The position numbers and the translations under genes were made by a program. Below the pieces are notes generated by a model. The model was given only the letters and a program-made list of their open reading frames with translations. It had not been told where the DNA came from and made no database searches. From the NCBI GenBank assembly GCA_964106645.2, contig OZ067039.1: a stretch of 64,000 nucleotides of DNA; one strand, given 5' to 3'. Of this stretch, positions 26,001 to 39,000 are shown piece by piece. How positions within the stretch are numbered: the first letter of the stretch is position 1; every line of letters begins with the position of its first letter. This DNA comes from Podarcis pityusensis. Lineage: Eukaryota.

Positions 26001-29000
26001 ATTCCAGAAATGTCCAGTTACAGATCACTTGGATGTTCAAGACACCTGCAGCCAGCAGTTGCAGATCTGGTTCTGACCAAAGCAGTTTCCAGAGTTGTCT
26101 GGTAACTTTTGTTAAAGAGAAGGACACATCTTCCAAACTTTCAGCATTAATTCATCATTAGTCACAATCTCGTTGAGAGGTATCAGTTAATAACAATATA
26201 ACCAGAAGTACACATTTACAAAATATTTATACATACTGTAAATTAGGGGGGGGGGGGAATGGAGTTAATTCTCATTATTTACACTTTGCTTCAAAACTAT
26301 GTATGTGGTTCTGGTTAGATTGAATCCGCAAGGCAGAATAAGCATCAGAATCAGAGCATGGATGTTTTGAGCAACCAAAAACCTGGGTGTTTTGTTATTT
26401 AAGCAGCAACAGCTGGGCTGGGCAGCTGCTGAGGCAGGCCTAGGGAGGCAGAGGGAAGAGGAATGGCTGGAGGATAGGTGAGCAGTCAAGGCTGATGGAA
26501 GGAAACTTGCAGCTAATTTGTGCAACGATAAGGTGTGTGCTGCTATGGCAACAGAAATTACTGTGCTTTGCTTTAAGCCTTAAAGAGTAATGTAATTTTT
26601 CATTTATGGTGTGACCTTAACCCATGTTTACTTAGAGGTTAAGCACCATCATGTGCAATGGGGCATGCTTCTGAGTAATATACATAGCAGGTCTCCACTT
26701 CCAAATGCCACCAGGAAACAATTTCAAAGAGGCAAGAAGTGTTTCAAGGTTGTATCCAGTTGTGCCTCTCCTGACTGGCAAAAGGCTGCTTTGTCTAGTG
26801 GTGGCTTCCATGGTGGAAAGCGAAAGGTTGTTTTTTGAAAGTCCCCTCTTACTCCTGTATTGCCCTGCACTACCGCACTACCAAAGGACTCCCCAAATCT
26901 CTGGATCAGATTTAGGGGACTGCAGAGGGAACGGAGAATCAGCAGCAATTGCATCTTCTCCCTGCTTGTCCTCCTGTTTCTGTATGTGTAAACCTTCAGT
27001 GGATCAAAGAGACTTCCATCTACAGAGGGACACCATTGGGTACAACCCTCAGCCATTATTGCCTCTCTATCCATCAGCCAGTAGGACACTAGACAGTTGT
27101 AAGCTTTGCACAGCTTTCTTTGCTTGAGAGGACCTGAACTCAAAGCATTTAGTTTTAAAAAACACCTTTCCTCTGTAGCATTTTTTAGAAGTCTGTAGTT
27201 GCTAGCCTGTTATAAACTGAAGGTGATTTCCATGCTGTATTGAGTAAATCATATTGACTGGTGAAACTGTGCTGAACAAAAGCTCAAATATGATTTTAAA
27301 GGAACAATCACATCTCCACTGAGGCACAATGGTTCTTCATTATTTTTCTTTTAATAGTGATCAGTGCAGAATAAAAACTTGGTTCTTTCCTGTATGGGAA
27401 AAGGTAGTGATGTTCTGAACTACCTTGCAGTGTTTGATTTTTTTGCAACAACTGTACACTAAAGGAAAAAATTGTTTTATCATATGGAATGATGAACCCA
27501 AACTTGGATGCCATCTGTTTGGGACTGGAGGCAGGTTGGAACCCAAATCCAAGTTGAAATCCAGGAGCACAACCCAGCTTTCTGCACACAATTGACCAAA
27601 TGTTCAGATGCCAGTCTCTGAACTGTACCACTTTTGTCCAGAGCTCAATCTCAGCCATGGTTAGAATTCGAAACCTCCTTCCAATGTATGATTAAAGAAT
27701 ATTGAAAATGGACAAGGAAGCTTGGAAATCATCCAGATTCAAGCTTTACAGTTTCACATTGGTTTGCTTAAATTTAGAGTGGGAGTCCTAATTGTGCTAA
27801 ACGCTTGGCAGGAAGAATGTAATTTTAGACCACATGTTGGTTTCCTAGTTCCTTCTGGAAAGGAGCTGTGTATTCCACCTGTCTCTGTCTAAATCTCTAA
27901 AAGTATCTGCTGACAGCCTAGTCTGCAATTCAGTTAAGCCAAAGTATTTTGATTTAAGCCAATTCTGCCTCGTTGTCTTCTATGGTACTAAATCCATAGA
28001 AGTCCCAGTCCTACAGCATGAACAAGTTGTGGATTAAGCTGTTGGTTGCCTGTTAGTACTTTATGGAAGGCTGGAGGGGTGGGCAAAAATGATAAGATGT
28101 GCATTCCTTTGTCAGGAAATAAAACGTGGTAGCTTATTTTTAAACGATAGCCTTAGGAATTCCACTGACAGCACTAATACTAGCTATGGAACTAGATCTG
28201 AAAATTCCCATGATAAGTTCAGTTTAATTTTTATGGGGGGAAGAGAAGTAAAATGTGCTAAAAGAAAACTAACCCCTTATTTCCTTTTTTTTAAACACAA
28301 AAAGATATTTTCAAGTTTTGCAATCCACTTAACTGATATCTACTTAGTAGCCGGCTGGCTCAAAGATGAACGCAGACACGCAGCCTGCTCTTCAAAATGT
28401 TCAAGGGAGCTCATTTTCCTATAAATATTCTTAGGATTGCAGCTGGAATATTGTTAAGTTAGGGTTGGGGCCGGAAGGCGTTTTCTAGCTCAGATGCGTT
28501 TGCTGAGCCCTATGCATTGCGCAAGCCAGTTGGCCTAAGGCTGGAAGCCAACCCCTTCCTATGGGCGGCCAGGCAACTGAGTTGAAAATCTCTCTGGAAG
28601 GACAGGGTAACAGATGAGCTGCCAAATGGCTAACCATCAGCTGCAGAAGGGCAATGCTTGTCTGTGTGTATGTGAGTGTGTGACTTATTTTAAGGAAGGA
28701 CAAGGTTAGATGGCAGGAAGCAAAGGACAGTCTGAGGCTGTTCATGAATGTCTCTTCCCACCTCCCCTCGAGGCAGTCAGTGCAGTGCTCTGATACATTC
28801 ACTGTTGTAATAGAACATTGTTTGTGTTGTTGCTGTATTGTGCTGTAGCGGTTTTGAAAGGAATGCATCTCCAGGGGCTCTACAGTTATAAAAATAAGAC
28901 ATGACAGCCTCTTTAGTCTACTGAAAACAGTGGTGAGCATTTTGGAATTATTATTTGAATTCACACTTGTGACTACCATCTGTCTGGAGTAGCCACGTGG

Positions 29001-29306
29001 ATTGGAGAGGACACCAGACTCTCCTCCTTTTAAAAAATAATTTTTGAGAATAATTTTTTAAGAAGACATTTTAAACCTGTTGTCGTTTGTCATTCTTATT
29101 GTTCCAGAAAGGAATATTTGTATAGGAATAAGAATTTGGAGTGTACTTCAACCCAGAAAAAAAATTAGGTTTTATTTGTGTATACCGTAAATGTTTGTAT
29201 TTTGCAGTTTTATCTGTTTTGCTTTTTAGATAAAGAAAATGTATATTGATATTTTAAAAGTCATTTTTGCTTTTTTAGATGAGTTTGTAATCATCACAAA
29301 CAGAAA

Positions 29307-29312
29307 AATAAA
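29307..29312 (+). terminator. Candidate SLC6A6 polyadenylation signal AATAAA
   Basis: AATAAA preceded by several TGTA and U-rich upstream elements (29170-29290). Confidence 0.5.
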
Positions 29313-30308
29313 AAAGCCTTTCCTTTATAAAGTGAGTAAGCCTTCGTTATTTCTAGCTTCTGGTGAGAGTTTACCAACATTACAGTGCAATGAGCAAAAC
29401 CTTTCTATTGAGTGCTGCATTGTTGAAATTCATAAAATATAAGCCAGGTACCCATGCAGCCTATTATGTGGCCTGCTAATATTTCTTCAGAGGAAAATCT
29501 CCCTCCCTCTCCAGCACAGCAACTCGTGCCTGGGGCCAAACATCTTCAGAGTTATCAGTCAGTCTCCAAGCCTGCTCCTCCTCAGGCCACAGGATGGAGA
29601 ATATTAGCAATACAAATTGCTGTTATCTATTTTTGATCCTGCCCTGGGCAGGGCTTCTGTACCTTTTGAAACTTCGCAACACATGTGGAAATTCCTCTGG
29701 TGCAACTTACCGCTGCACCAGCATGCCAGGAAACACCTTACTAGTTGAATTTCTACTGGGGAGACAAGCATTTAATGACACAGGGGTCTCACCAGGATGC
29801 TACTTAATCAGAAAAAAATGGGTTACTGCTGCCACCCCTACCCCCACCTAGCATGTTTCAGACCATGCACTCAGGCTTCAGGAACACCTGGACCTCTCTC
29901 TATATACTGAACGTTGGAAAGTTGTTTTAAAATGCAATTAATTTAAAATAGCCTTGCCAGTAAACTAAAATGGTGTCACCCCAGTTCTCAGAGATGCAGG
30001 CCTCCAAGCAGTTTCTTCTGTTCCTCCCCACAAAAGGCCCCACTGATTTTTTTTGGGTGTGGGAGAAGCAGGTAGGGAGGAGTAGACACAGCAGTGGGAT
30101 GGTCAAAGAGGTTCAAACTAGTTTCTGGTAGACGGTTGTTTCTTATGTGAAGCTGCTCTGTGCTCAGCAAGTTGCATCAAGGAAGTTATGGTACCGCAGG
30201 TGCATGCTGGGCACACCCCTCTGCTTGCTCACCCTGCCTGTTAGGCCTTTCGCTGCCACCAGGGGAAAGCATTTAACAAGGCTGCCTTTCACCAACTGGC
30301 TGGATTCA

Positions 30309-30447
30309 GCTGGATAGCTCAGTTGGTCTGACATGAGACTCTTAATTTCAGAGTCATGGGTTCAAGACCCACATTGTGCGAAAGATTTCTGCATAGCGGG
30401 ACTGGGATTGATAACCTTGGCCCTTTCCAACTCTACACTTCTATGAT
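30309..30447 (+). mobile_element. Diverged copy of the tRNA-Lys-head/CR1-tail SINE
   Basis: GATAGCTCAGTTGG..ATGAGACTCTTAATTTCAG..GGTTCAAGACCCACATTG followed by a CCAACTCTAC..CTATGAT tail. Confidence 0.72.
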
Positions 30448-33400
30448 CCTGCCTAAAAATCCCATGTTTTCTTTGAGAAAAAGCTCAAGGGTAGCATAGA
30501 ACTAGACACGGGGTGGTAAGTTCCAGGAGAACACACAGGTTTCATGAAACATGACTGAAGCATGCACTAATGGGACAAAAAAAAAAAAAAAAAACCCCAC
30601 AATGCTTGTTCTTAGGAAAAAAGTTTAAATATAAGAATGTTTACAAGCACATGAAAACATTCCTCCCAGTGGCGAAAAGGACGGTAAAAAGAAATGCAGC
30701 TTTAAAGACAAAGCTGGTTCCTTCTCCACTCCTTCTGTATTTTTGTTGGAAGCCACCCAGAGTGGCTGAGGCAACCCAGTCAGATGGACAGGATATAAGA
30801 AATTTATTATTATCCCTGAAGCTAACAGCTTGGGGTTGCTTGCACCCCCCCATCCCTGAATGTGCACTCCAGGAATTTAGAGGTGTGTGTTTTCCAACAG
30901 CCGCCTTTGCTTGTGTGCCACAAGCACCATCCTCCAATGATTATTCCTACCACCTTCCAATTGGATCCCCCAGGCAGTTCACATTTAAAAAGTCAATCCC
31001 ACAATCTCCAAACAAGCCAACATGTAAGACTTCTATTTATGAATGACAATCCATTTCCTTCGTCCAAGAGTTAATGCAAAAATTTTGTGAGGGAGAAACG
31101 AGTTTGTTGCACAAGACTGCCACATCAACTTTAATTGCCCAAACTGACTTTTCTGGTATGTAACTGAATCCCACCCCAAAGTAGTTCCAGCGTGGAAGAA
31201 CCCCTCATCTCTGGTTCCTGGAGCAAGTCAAAGGGAAGAGTGTGATGCTACCCTCACCTTTCTAAATTACTTGAATGCACTACACATCACATGTGAATAG
31301 ATGCTGTCATATATTGCAGTGATGATGCAAAAACAGAAGAATGAAGCTCCTACTACAGAAGACTTCATGCCAACTTGCTACTTTTAGGCCCCATCAGTTA
31401 TGAGAAGGGAATTCTGCTGGATCTTACCCAGGGACCATCTCTGATCAGTGGTAATGCCACAGTTTTCCTGTTATCAGACATGGAAAGCAGTTTGAGATGT
31501 TCAAGGCAGCAATTGGTGAACTTGTCTAGGTCTAGGTACTCGCATTTCTGCACTGAGCAGCTTTTGCACCAAATCCAATCCCTGAGCTAATACATACTTG
31601 AACATTTGGATGGGGAGAATTTAAAGCACATCTTGCATATGCAGGGAGCACCTTCAGGGTTTTTTTAAAAAGAAAAACACACACTACTGTAGCTATCAGT
31701 CTAGAAATCCTGCATAGTCAGGATTGGCTATTTTTAATTTTTTAAAAAATATAAATAAATCCCACAGCAGCAAGACCAGGGTTGTTTTTTTTAGTGGGTG
31801 ATGAAGTGTCAGTTGAAGCCATGCAATGCATGTCACATCTCTGCTATCTCACATTTTTTCTCCGATCTGGGAAGTCCTTAAGTGACCTTGCCTATACATT
31901 TTGCAGCAAAATGCCTTTGTACTTGTTGTGCAACATACTCTGCTTTTATTGTACCGCAAGTCAGTCAATCCTCTGCTTGTAGAGGATTGTAGACTGCTTG
32001 CGAAAGCCAGCAAGTCACCTTCCACAAATGCTGAAACCATGTTTGCTGCACGTTAACTGTTGACAAGCATTCTACACAGCTCTCCAGGAGGCCAGTAGGA
32101 ATCTGCTGCCAAGTGCCAAACCTCCAAAGGTCTTTGCTCAGTTACAAATACCAGCCTAGAAAGCAGGCCAAAGATCACAGATAAAGAGTTGTTTACTGGA
32201 AGTAGAAATCTTCCCTGTTGAACATTAACCAGAAGAGCGGGAGGGTGTTGAGGTCAGGGAAAAGAGGTGAGAGAGAAAGTGTGTGTCCAACACAGAGGCT
32301 TTATTGCCCCTTTGTGTATGAGTTTACAGCCTCATAGTTACCATGCAAATAGTCTCACATATCTAAACATTGATGGAATGCCTCTGTGTTATTAACTTCT
32401 ATAAGGAATGAGTTATACAATGACCAGGAATGGTTCCTTCCCTATTTTAAAAAACCACTACTGTGCTACATGGAAGACTGTGGACCACAACCCAAAGTGC
32501 TTAAAATACCACTGATGGCAATGGAAGACCAACAAAAAATAACTCATTGCTTCCAATGTTATCTCAACTATTATGCTAAATTCTATAATGAAGAGCATTC
32601 AAAATCAGTTGGGTAGCATTGCTGATGCATTGAAAGTATTGTGTTTTGTTTGTTTACATGCACACTATGGCAATCGCATTACTGGGATCCAACCAAAGTG
32701 TCACAATATTGTGAGCAAGCTTTTGAGTTAATCAGGCTGGATGCTAAACAAAACAAGGTTAAGGATGTAGCAGAAGCTCAGCTGCCCCAGAGTCTGCTGT
32801 GCGGGATGGCTTGCACAGATACAACTAGAACAGTATCATGAGATGAAAGATAGATTTCAGAATGTACCCAGGGCTACCAGGACAAAGAAGCAATAAGGGC
32901 TGTTCCTCCACGTTTGCAAATGTAAAATCTGAAGGGTTTGCCAGCTGGTTTGGACCAGTAAAAGTATTTTGGATTTTGAGAATGCGTTGTGGGCACCAGT
33001 CACAAAATGGCTGTCACAGGAGCATGGCATAATACAAAATTAGGGAGAGTACAGTCATTTTTGCTTCCATCCAGCCACAAGCATGAGACAACCCCAGACT
33101 TACTACGTGAAGTCAGCTATGTCTTAATGGTTCTGATTGGAGGCCAGCTCTTGTTCCCTGGGAGGCAGAAGAAGCTGGAGACTGTCAGTGAAGGTGGTGA
33201 GCTGCCCACCTAAGCATGTACTTAAGCCAGCAATCCTGCAAGCACTTACCTGAGAGTAAGTGTTGTCAGACTCAATAAGACATGCCTCCAAGTAAACTTG
33301 TAGAGGATTGCACACTAAAACTCACATTCAAAATCAGCAAGTATTTAAAAGTGGTTCCTTTGGCTAAAGTTAACCTCAGCTTTTGCTTTTCTCTTCTGTT

Positions 33401-33549
33401 GATTCTGAGATGATCCAGAGATTACTTTCTGGTCTCAAGCAGGCAGCCCAGCAGAGATCCAAGTGCAAGCAGAGATAGACCACAGATAGGCAAAGTATCA
33501 CTGAGATGCCAACTTTTCAAAGAAAACAGGAAACCTGTTTTGTTTTGCT

Positions 33550-33555
33550 TTTATT
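33550..33555 (-). terminator. Candidate GRIP2 polyadenylation signal (AATAAA on the minus strand); alternative at 32300-32305
   Basis: Plus-strand TTTATT at the end of an AU-rich 3'UTR-like block (33560-33950), with a U-rich downstream element on the minus strand. Confidence 0.55.
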
Positions 33556-35334
33556 TAATTAAAAAAATCTAAGTAATCGCAATACCATTTAAATACATAG
33601 ATTTACAAATAGGTCCAAAACAGGACTAAAATATTCTTTGAATATTGTGCTTTCATAGATACATAAGAAAATTAGCGTATAAAAATACTTTACAAGGAAT
33701 ACACTCTAATATATGGATAAAAATACACATTTAAGTAATGCATTTCATTTTCGTATCATTCAAAATGCATAGGAAGGGATACAAGGACCATTTTTTTTAA
33801 AGCCTTATTAAAAGTCTTCATTAAAAACCTATTTGAAGCCACGCTGAGCTTCCGCCATTTTGGGAATATTGCATATAAAACCCCTTTTTTTCTGCTCAAC
33901 TGTCAATACCCTCCAGTTTCTTTTATGGCACATTATCTAGGTTATATGGCAGCCATGGTATGGAATATTGCATACTTTGAGAAGAGAAAATGGCTACAGC
34001 TAGATGCGGCCCCAAAGGGACTCCATGCACATCTTAAGGAAAGCACGGAAACTTTGATGTGGCCCAGAAAGTGAATAAGCATATTTTTTATTTTAAAAAA
34101 AAGAGAGAGGAAAAGAGAGAAGTAGATGCAATCACAGCTTAATCTGGGCTCAGATCTGAAAACCAGTTGTGGTTTACTGATCTACCAGAGAAGGTTACCC
34201 ATACCAAAACATGGCATCTTAATTTGCATCAGAAAGGTACCAAAAGAAACAAAGGGCATACAAAGGAAGAGAGGAGCCAGTTTCCCATTTCCAGGGTCTT
34301 ACTCAAGTTCCCTTGTAGGGGGACAGTCGGAAAAAAACCACCACAATAAAGTGCTATTCCAGAAACCCTGGCACAGGCCATTGGACTGGCCGGGGCGAGG
34401 TTTGCAAGCCCCGGCATTTTTGCCATGTGGAAAGGAAGAGATCATGGCCTTAAGTTGCAAGTCCATCTCACCTGCTGCAGGCAGATCATCCAAAGAATGT
34501 GAATATCACATCCATGATCACTACAGCGGAATTCAGTTGTGGAAGGCAGAGGGTCACATAGGCATCGTGCTCAGAAAGCCAGGGAGGAGAAGGTAACTAC
34601 TAAAAACATGGGGCTGCTGCTAAGACCGGTTACAACAGGGTGTCAACCCTCATCATCAGTGGGGTTTTTTTAAACAAACAAACGCACGCACTTGCACTAG
34701 GACGACCCACAGGGGGTGCACTGGGAGACACAATACCAATCTCGCAGAGGATGTCTCATGCTTAACAGTGACAAGGAGATACAAGGGTTTCCCCACTCCC
34801 ATGGGGGGGGAAACGAGGGTCAGGGCAAAGAGGGTTATGTGAGTGACTCACATTCAGCTGCCCACTCACAGACTCATGGTTCAACCAAGAGAAAGATTCT
34901 TGGTGCTGTGTGTGTGTGTGTAGGGGGAGGCACACACAAGGATACTGGTGACCCAGAAAAGCCAGTTTCCTGCCCTTTGTGTATGGTATCATCAGTGCTG
35001 TCTAAGAAAAACACAGTAGATGAAGGAAGGAAGAAAACAAGCACACGTTGTCTTGAAGTCAAATAGTGGTAGATGTGTTTAGGCTGCGCCCCAAAGGATG
35101 AGTGCCTGAGATGGGGAGAAAAAAATTACATGCCCGGGCCCAGTCTTTTGTGATGAATGGCTCAGGACTTCATAAAACTTGGGAGGGGAAACTCTGCTCT
35201 CGGTTGATCCCAAGCACCACAGTGATCTGGGAGAGTGTGGCTGTGAATTGGGAAAAGGACACAAGGCTCTTCTTGCTGTGGGCTAAGGAAAAGCTATGGG
35301 GTAGTGCAGGGGTGGCCTTTCACAGAAACAAAGC

Positions 35335-35335
<1 letters not shown>

Positions 35336-35374
<39 letters not shown>
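35336..35374 (+). repeat. (GT)n microsatellite in the GRIP2 3'UTR
   Basis: Direct reading of the sequence. Confidence 0.95.
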
Positions 35375-35377
<3 letters not shown>

Positions 35378-35845
35378 AATATTAAGTTTCACTGTACATG
35401 ATTTAACAAAGCAAACAACAAGAAAATAGCACCATGTACCCAAGCCCTTTGAAGACAGGGGCAAAGATGATGGTCTGGTGCCCTGTGACCCCGTTCGCTG
35501 GAGAAGCTCATACCATGAGCAAAGGATTTTCTCTCCCAGGTGAGTTGTGCTGGGCACTGCTTCCTGCTTTCAGTGGCAACAGCAGCGCATCCCACCCACC
35601 GTGTTAGCCAAAGCGGGACCATTTCCATCGGTCTGTCTCAACTCAGGCCTTCAAGGTCTAGGCTGACTGGCTTCAAGATGCAACAAAAGGGAAACCCATT
35701 TCTTCATGGCAAGTTACATTACACAGAGTAATCACAATACCAGTGCAAAAGTAAAACCGAAAAAAGTGTTACAGACACCCATCAACCCCTTTGCCCCCAC
35801 CCCCACAGGACCTCAAGAACAGTTGACACCAAGCCCACCCAGCAT

Positions 35846-36037
35846 TCAGAGCGTCTGTGTGTTTGCCTTGACCTCCACACTAGGAGGCTGCCGGCCTGGC
35901 AAATCCTCATCGAGCTGGGCTTTGGCAGTGAAGGCCAGGGGATTCCGGCTGATTACCAGGTCCAGTTTGTCTCCTGCTTCAGATATCAAAGGGACAGCTA
36001 AGCAGCAGTCAAAGTCCCGGGTTCGAATGCGGTTTAC
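35846..36037 (-). CDS. GRIP2: GRIP2 last coding exon (end of PDZ7 and stop)
   Basis: tcag|GTAAACCGC...ACGCTCTGA; [63 protein letters not shown]. Confidence 0.94.
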   Translation of the reverse strand, partial: VNRIRTRDFDCCLAVPLISEAGDKLDLVISRNPLAFTAKAQLDEDLPGRQPPSVEVKANTQTL

Positions 36038-39000
36038 CTGAAGGTATGGGAGAAAACTCACAGTGGATTATGGGAAACAAACACACACACGCAAAACAGG
36101 AAGATGAGACCATTTTAATTTACTGTGCTGTTGTTTTTTAAAAAGTATCCGGTTGCTGGAAATCTCAGCTGGTGAGAGTGCTGTTGCGTTCACACCCAGC
36201 TTCCAGTCTTCCCTCAGGCATCTATCTGTCTGGTCAGCCACTGCAAGAACAGGATGCTGGACTAGATAGGACATTGGCTTGATTCAGCAGGCTCATATTG
36301 TGTTCTTATATTCTTAAACTTGTGTCAACACTCAATAGATTGTAATTTGGGAGCTGTTCTGCTACATATAAAACATAGGCCAAACCAAACTATCCTATGC
36401 TATGCTACGGCAGAAAAATCCAGGAAAACACATTCCTGGAGCCATTCAATTCCTCAGTTATGTGAGAGAATGGAAAAGACATCCGATCAAACCGTACTCT
36501 TTTTGTGGGACACAGTTTTTGACAAAAATCTAACCAGAAGCATTAAGTCGGGGGTGGTGAGCTGTTGTTGTATCCTTGTGGGGCTACTCTATTCTCCAGC
36601 CAGTGACTTGGGGGCCAGAAATGTATTTTGTAACACCCAAGTGGTCAGGCGCCATAATACAGTTGGGTTTCATCTTGCAGAAAAGGCTCCCCGGTTATGA
36701 TGAGGTTGTTTAAGGGTGGAGCCTCTCTGATATCTTTGTCTTAAAAATATTTACCTTTTCCTCATCCCTGATGAAACTGTGGACAAACCTTTTATCCTAA
36801 CTCAATTAAAGTTTCATTAGGGCTACCAGGGACAGATAACCCACGGATCGACATTTTTTGCATTTAGCTGACAGTGTAAGGTGGGGTATACAATCAGTCA
36901 AACTGGCAGGTGGGATCTAAATTAAGTTTACGGTAAGCACAGATGTGGATGTTAAGATCTGCTGCACACACTCGGAAGCAACAGCATCTGGAGACAGTGA
37001 AGGGCTACTTTATATTCTAAGCCCCAAGTGGTTGAGGCAGGATGACTCCTTTTGTTTCTGTAGCCTGTGAGGCAAACAAGGGATGTTCTCTCCATCCCAG
37101 CTCCTCTCAGCCCAGTGCTGCCATGGGGATGAGCATAGTATGTCAGCACATGGGAGAGTGCATGGTGCATGAGAGAGAGGGAGAGAGAGAGAGAGGGAGA
37201 GAGAGAGCATGGTGTAAGAGAGAACGCATTGTGTGTCTCTGTGTCTCTGTGTGATCTGCAGACATGGGTTTTCGTGATATGTTTGTGCGACGAGTGTCTG
37301 CAAGTGGGTGCATCTGAAAATGGCATGTGACCCTCAGAGGGCTGCCCAACCTTGAACGCAACCCTGAGGCCAAGGAAGGTTAATTGGCTCTAGGGTTAAT
37401 TCTTCCATTCCCCTGCATCTGGTTGAAGATTTTATAGGTCAAACAAATCCATCTATATTTTTCTGACCTTTAGAAAGCCCTTTACGGATCACTCCTGGCT
37501 CAACACTTTCCTCTAACTAGGATGCTACAGAGTCAGACCAGTGGTCTATTTCACTCAGTTCTGTCTGCACTGACCGCTAGCTGTGCTCTAGGGTTTCCCA
37601 TCCCCACCTGGAGATGCTGGCATTGCACTTGGGCAATGTCCCCTTTCAATGCCTGAGGCCAAACAGAAATGTGCTGCCATGCCCTCCCTTACCTGAGGTG
37701 ACAACAGCAGTGGTTTCCAGTGAGATCCCACAAAAATCCAGCGAGATCTTGCTGCAAACCAGCGCTGCTTCTCTGCCACCAGCTGGGTGGACAGGGTGCC
37801 CGCAGAGGCAACGCCTGAGGTGGCTGCTTCACCCCTGCACTTGGGACTTCCTGTATGCAAGGCCTATTCTCTTCCCACCGCCTCAGGCTACAGTCCTGCT
37901 GAGACCATCATACAGAAGTGACGACAAGGTCATCTCCTCAGTGGTGTCCCATGCAGATATACTGAAGTCCTCTTCTCATGGTTCCTCTTTGGGTCTAGTG
38001 TGCGTTCAAGGGGAACACTTTGGTGGTTGTGCAGGCTGTGACATTGCCAACATTCTGCAGAAACGTGGCCAGCAGCCTAATTACTTTTTTTTTGTTCCCC
38101 CTCTCCGCTCTTCCCCCAATTCCTTCTTTCTGCTGGTCTTTCATTTGAGGCTGAGAAAGAACAACGGTGCAGCAGGCCAGCTGGCTACGGACCATAACAA
38201 GCACAAATGAGCCTCCCCCTTATTGTTGCCAGATTTTCAGTTACTGACCCTACATGTGTTAGAGTTAATTGTGGCACAGCCAATAAAGTCTTTTTAAATG
38301 CTGAAGGGAACAGCAAAAGAATCCTTCAGGGAATTGCAAGACTTCTAAAATAATGAATGTAACTGCTTGCAGAGCAGGGAGGGGGGTTGTACCTACTGCC
38401 CCCAGCATTTCTGGTCCGAACAGCTGCCTCAGGAGAGGCTGACAAAACAGTTTGGACCTCAAGTTGTCACTTCTTTTCCTACCCCCACCAGAAACGCCAG
38501 CGAGGTGTGCCAATGCATTAATAAAGAGCCTCCTGAAGGTCTAGGTGGCTTTTTTTCTGTGGAATAGCTACAATGAGTTCAGAGAGGGAAAATGTGTGGG
38601 TATGAATGGCTTGTGCTACAGAGCTGGAGGACAAGTTAAGGCAGTGGTGGCCAACGCAGTGCCCTTGGCTGCCAGCATGCCTGCTAGTACCTCCTGTAAT
38701 GCCCATGAAAGGTCTCTATAAAAGCCCACAATGCATGAGAGATTGTTTGCTCCTCTTGCTCACAGTTCCTGTTTGCACTGGGCTTGCCCTTTCCTGCGCC
38801 ATCTTATGGTGGCCATTTTGTGACAGGCATCCATGGCACTATGTCAAAATTCCAAATGTGCCCCCTGGCCCAAAAAAGGGTGGCATCCCCTGGGTTAAGG
38901 AAAACAGAAACCTTTCCATCAGTGAAATTGTGCAACAGTAGGACAGAAAGAAAGAGAGAGTGTACCGTTTTAGACAGACTATTCCAACAGCCACTAGTAT

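Larger units (their letters stand above)
22609..29335 (+). other. SLC6A6: Putative SLC6A6 3'UTR (about 6.7 kb)
   Basis: Repeat-poor, U-rich sequence after the stop. AATAAA at 24717, 28118 and 29307; the last follows a UGUA/U-rich block typical of a distal 3' end. The end point is inferred. Confidence 0.55.

Noticed and set aside
29686-29696. TonE/NFAT5-like motif TGGAAATTCCT (TauT is tonicity-regulated)
   Set aside because: It is a single short degenerate match downstream of the gene and expected by chance; the known element is in the promoter, outside this window.
29335-33530. Overlap of the convergent SLC6A6 and GRIP2 3'UTRs (natural antisense pair)
   Set aside because: The best poly(A) signals leave about 3-4 kb between the two ends; there is no sequence evidence for overlap.
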